64,000 bases of DNA from a virus, in IMG/VR virus record IMGVR_UViG_3300036715_002570, positions 64,001 to 128,000 of that record, one strand, 5' to 3'. The notes below the pieces were generated by a model that was not told where the DNA came from, searched no databases, and saw only the letters and a list, made by a program, of their open reading frames with translations. The translations under genes were made by a program, and so were the position numbers. Each line of letters begins with the position of its first letter. Position 1 is the stretch's first letter. Positions 61,067 through 64,000 of the stretch are shown piece after piece.

Positions 61067-62296
61067 ACTGAATAGGTCAGATACGCTCAATCCGTCAACT
61101 GAAAAATTCGCTCAATAAGAGTGGATCTGCTAAGCAGGGCACCCAGCCAGTAAGAGGAGGGTTGGGGCGGATCGGAAGGTTGGCGTATTCCAACCAACCA
61201 GGAGCGAGAATGACCTGTGAAGCAGTCGAAGACACCGTCACCCCGACCGAGAACCTGAAGTCGCCCGTGTTCGCGGCGCTGATGGCCCAGATCATGATGC
61301 CGCAGCAATACGACACGATCATGCAACACGCGCTGGTGTCCGTCAACGCGAAGTGCCCCAGCCGCACTGTGACCATCGACAAGTGAGGAGATCATGAGCA
61401 CCAACTTCGACAACATCGTCCTGATGGGCCAGATCCAACGGATCGCGGAGGCCCACGGTGTCCAAGCAGCCGCTCATGTCGCCGACGACGCTGGCGTCCC
61501 GTTCAAGCAGGCGCACGCGATCCTGCTGCCGTACTGCGCCCGTGGGCGCACGTCGGTCCCGGCCGTTAAGGTGCAGCTGCTGCACTAGGCAGTTGCCAAG
61601 CCAGCAGCCTTTGTGGGATAGTTCCTACATCGGCTGCTGATTGAAGCGCAGCCGAGATGTTCTTCAATCAGCGGGAGCTTGCATGGCAATCATCAAGGAA
61701 GACACTCCGACCACGCTCGGCGTTCAGTTCGTCGTCGAGCTGCAGGTGGCGAACCACATCGACGGCAACTACCTCGACCACGAGATGATGGCCTCTGCGA
61801 TCCACGGTGCGATCCGGTGGATGCTGGATCGCCGTGGATACGCCGGCTGCAAGACGACGGTCGACTCAGTGCAGTACGAAACCGATTACCCAATTGACAA
61901 GGCGGCGGAATGATGAGAGAATTCTTCTACCGCACCGACTGGATCGGTGTTGCGATCGCGTTCGTGATCCTGTCCCTCTTCTTCACCACCGGAGCTGCTC
62001 AATGAAGATCAAGAAAGCCCTCACCCCCTTTGCATACGCCGTCCTGTTCGCGCTTGCGCTCGACGGGTTGATCGTGTGGGCGATCATCGAGGGCTGGGTC
62101 ACCTACACGCAGGCTCACCCGTGAAGGGTTGGCTGGTTGAGCGCCCTGCTCCCAGCCGTTTTTATAACGATGCTCAAGGAGAGCTGAATGAAATGGTTCC
62201 TGCGTCTGTGGTTGATCTGGGCGTGCTTGTGTCTGGTCGGCAGCGGTCTGTGCGTCTACGCGGTGGTGCATTTCATCCAGAAGTTCTGGTGATCCG

Positions 62297-62325
62297 TTGA
62301 CCCTCACCAGGAGTTAGGGTACACT
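62297..62325 (+). promoter_or_regulatory. Sigma70-like early promoter
   Basis: TTGACC-17-TACACT. Confidence 0.65.
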
Positions 62326-62350
62326 ACGTCCATCGTAGTGAGGAATCAAC

Positions 62351-63190
62351 ATGCACCTGACCGCTGAACTGAAGGCTCGTGTCACCGCGAAGATCAAGGA
62401 CGGCATCGCTCGCGCTGAGAAGCGCTACGGCCGCACGTTTCCGATGCCGACGATCGGGTACGACCTGACCGGCCGCGTCGCTGGATACGCGAACTACATC
62501 AAGTGGCACATCCAGCTGAATGCTGACCTGCTGGTTCGCAACGTCGATGATTTCATCGCCCGCACTGTCCCGCATGAGCTTGCGCACTTGATCACCGACC
62601 GGGTGTATCCGGAGAACCACCGGAACAAGGGGATCACGATCACCCGCACCGGCCGCGTCAAGCGTGAGAAGCGAGACATCCACGGGACTGACTGGCAGAG
62701 CGTCTGCCTGGTGCTCGGGATGACCGATGTCACCCGCTGCCACAGCTACGACACGACTGAGACCAAGCGCGTTACGTCGCGTAGCCGGACGGTCGAATGG
62801 CAATGCCCGTGCGGTGCCAAGCTGATGCTGTCGCCGAAGATATCGGCAGAACTTGCAATCAACCCAGACTCGCGCTGGCACAAGTCGTGCCGGTGCCGTC
62901 GCCTGTTCCGTGCAGGTACCCAGCCCGCACCGACCTCGAACACGACGGTGCATGTTCGCCCGCAGCCGGCTCCGATTCTCCTGCCGAAGCCGACCCCGAC
63001 GCCTGTGCTGTGCACCGCTGCAGCGGTGCAACAGGGCGCCAGCAAGATCGATGTCTGCTCTGCGCTGTACAAGGCTGCGCCTGTGGGTACGTCGCGCACC
63101 GCGATGATCGCACTGTTCGTCGCCAATGCGAACTGCACCCCCACGGGCGCGGCGACGTACTACCAGACGCTGAAGAAGAAGTTCAGTTGA
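62351..63190 (+). CDS. SprT-like zinc metalloprotease with C-terminal GAxTY domain
   Basis: AGYA, LN..L, TVPHELAH, HGTDW, CH, C.C; Pro-rich linker; GAATYYQ. Confidence 0.85.
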   Translation: MHLTAELKARVTAKIKDGIARAEKRYGRTFPMPTIGYDLTGRVAGYANYIKWHIQLNADLLVRNVDDFIARTVPHELAHLITDRVYPENHRNKGITITRTGRVKREKRDIHGTDWQSVCLVLGMTDVTRCHSYDTTETKRVTSRSRTVEWQCPCGAKLMLSPKISAELAINPDSRWHKSCRCRRLFRAGTQPAPTSNTTVHVRPQPAPILLPKPTPTPVLCTAAAVQQGASKIDVCSALYKAAPVGTSRTAMIALFVANANCTPTGAATYYQTLKKKFS

Positions 63191-63335
63191 TCCAGAGAGC
63201 GGTTGCTCTTTGCACCGTTCTCTGCTGCTGTGAGCACCTGTAAGTTCGCCTCACAGTGCAGCCCGCACACCAGTGGATGGTTGAGTGGGATGGTGTGATC
63301 AACTACAATACAAATATTGAGGATGTGAGGCAACG

Positions 63336-63584
63336 ATGTCTGGATACGCTGGGGTTGATGATGATGCCCTACACGCGTTGATTCTCGCTGAAAACGGAAT
63401 CAACGCGGCCAAATCAATGGTCGACGGACCTTCCCTGTCTGAATGTTTGGACTGTGGAGAATCGATCACTCCGAAACGGATCCAAGCACTTGCAACGATC
63501 GGGATGCGGTGCATGTATTGCATTGACTGTCAACCGAAACACGACAAGCCGGGCGGCATCAAGATGCTCGATCGGATCCTGTGA
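63336..63584 (+). CDS. DksA/TraR C4 zinc-finger protein
   Basis: CLDCGESI..KR..A....CIDCQ. Confidence 0.8.
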   Translation: MSGYAGVDDDALHALILAENGINAAKSMVDGPSLSECLDCGESITPKRIQALATIGMRCMYCIDCQPKHDKPGGIKMLDRIL

Positions 63585-63821
63585 GGCGCTTGCCTTCCGG
63601 GGTGCTCTGGTTGCGGATCAACAGGTGGATCGCGCTTCCCTGGAAGACGACACAGACGCCGACGGCTGCGCTGAAGTTCAAGCCCGGATTGCCGCTCGTG
63701 ACCGTGTGCTGTCCAAGTTGGTGAGATCCACTAGTAAACACCCACCCTCGATTACTCCATACCACTAGTAAACATTGGTGGTCTGGGTATCATACCGTCT
63801 TCACAACGCAAGGAGAGTGGG

Positions 63822-64000
63822 ATGAGCAACGTCGAGCTGGAGAACGTCTGATCGTCGACGTTCGCATCCCATGAGACCGCATGCTTCCAGGCATCCGTTT
63901 ACATCGACAACGCCGGGCATGGCGGTCCGAACCGTTACACACCGTGGGAGATCGAGAAGACGCTGACGGCGATCGCGAAGGCGACGATGCCGGTGCGGAA
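63822..64000 (+). pseudogene. Hypothetical gene with early in-frame TGA (63849-63851), runs off the window
   Basis: AAGGAG RBS; MSNVELENV*SSTFASHETACFQASVY.. open to the window end. Confidence 0.4.

Noticed and set aside
55188-61090. Long minus-strand ORFs 55188..56882 and 59813..61090 (also 21733..22869)
   Set aside because: Span several plus-strand genes with good promoters and RBSs; stop-poor because of GC3 bias
1-64000. Genome-wide UGA-to-Trp recoding (code 4)
   Set aside because: Many well-defined genes end at TGA, often in ATGA overlaps or before terminators, and TGG is used freely for Trp

Overview
The window is a 64-kb segment of a large lytic, T4-superfamily-like (jumbo-type) dsDNA phage of a Gram-negative host. 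Evidence: rIIA/rIIB pair, a gp23/gp24-like capsid paralogue, two-component spanins, T4-type late promoter boxes (CATAAATA) and many freestanding homing endonucleases. 0-12 kb holds translation and RNA-repair genes: a class I release factor interrupted by an in-frame UGA, Pth2, ADP-ribosylglycohydrolase, an unusual tRNA-Ile(UAU), CYTH, and an Rnl2-type RNA ligase fractured into two genes by a split intein with a Vsr-like endonuclease between the halves. 12-48 kb carries lysis, nucleotide-metabolism and 7-deazaguanine genes (queE, queD, TGT/DpdA-like), an SF2 helicase, an outer-membrane barrel-pnuC-nadR cluster and rII. 48-52 kb is a strand-switch region rich in repeats, with a poly-G tract and a candidate rod-shaped ncRNA. 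52-64 kb is an early-type region of small genes behind sigma70-like promoters, five of which share an unrecognised ~50-aa C-terminal 'GAxTY' domain. All calls come from motif reading by eye; no database searches were run.
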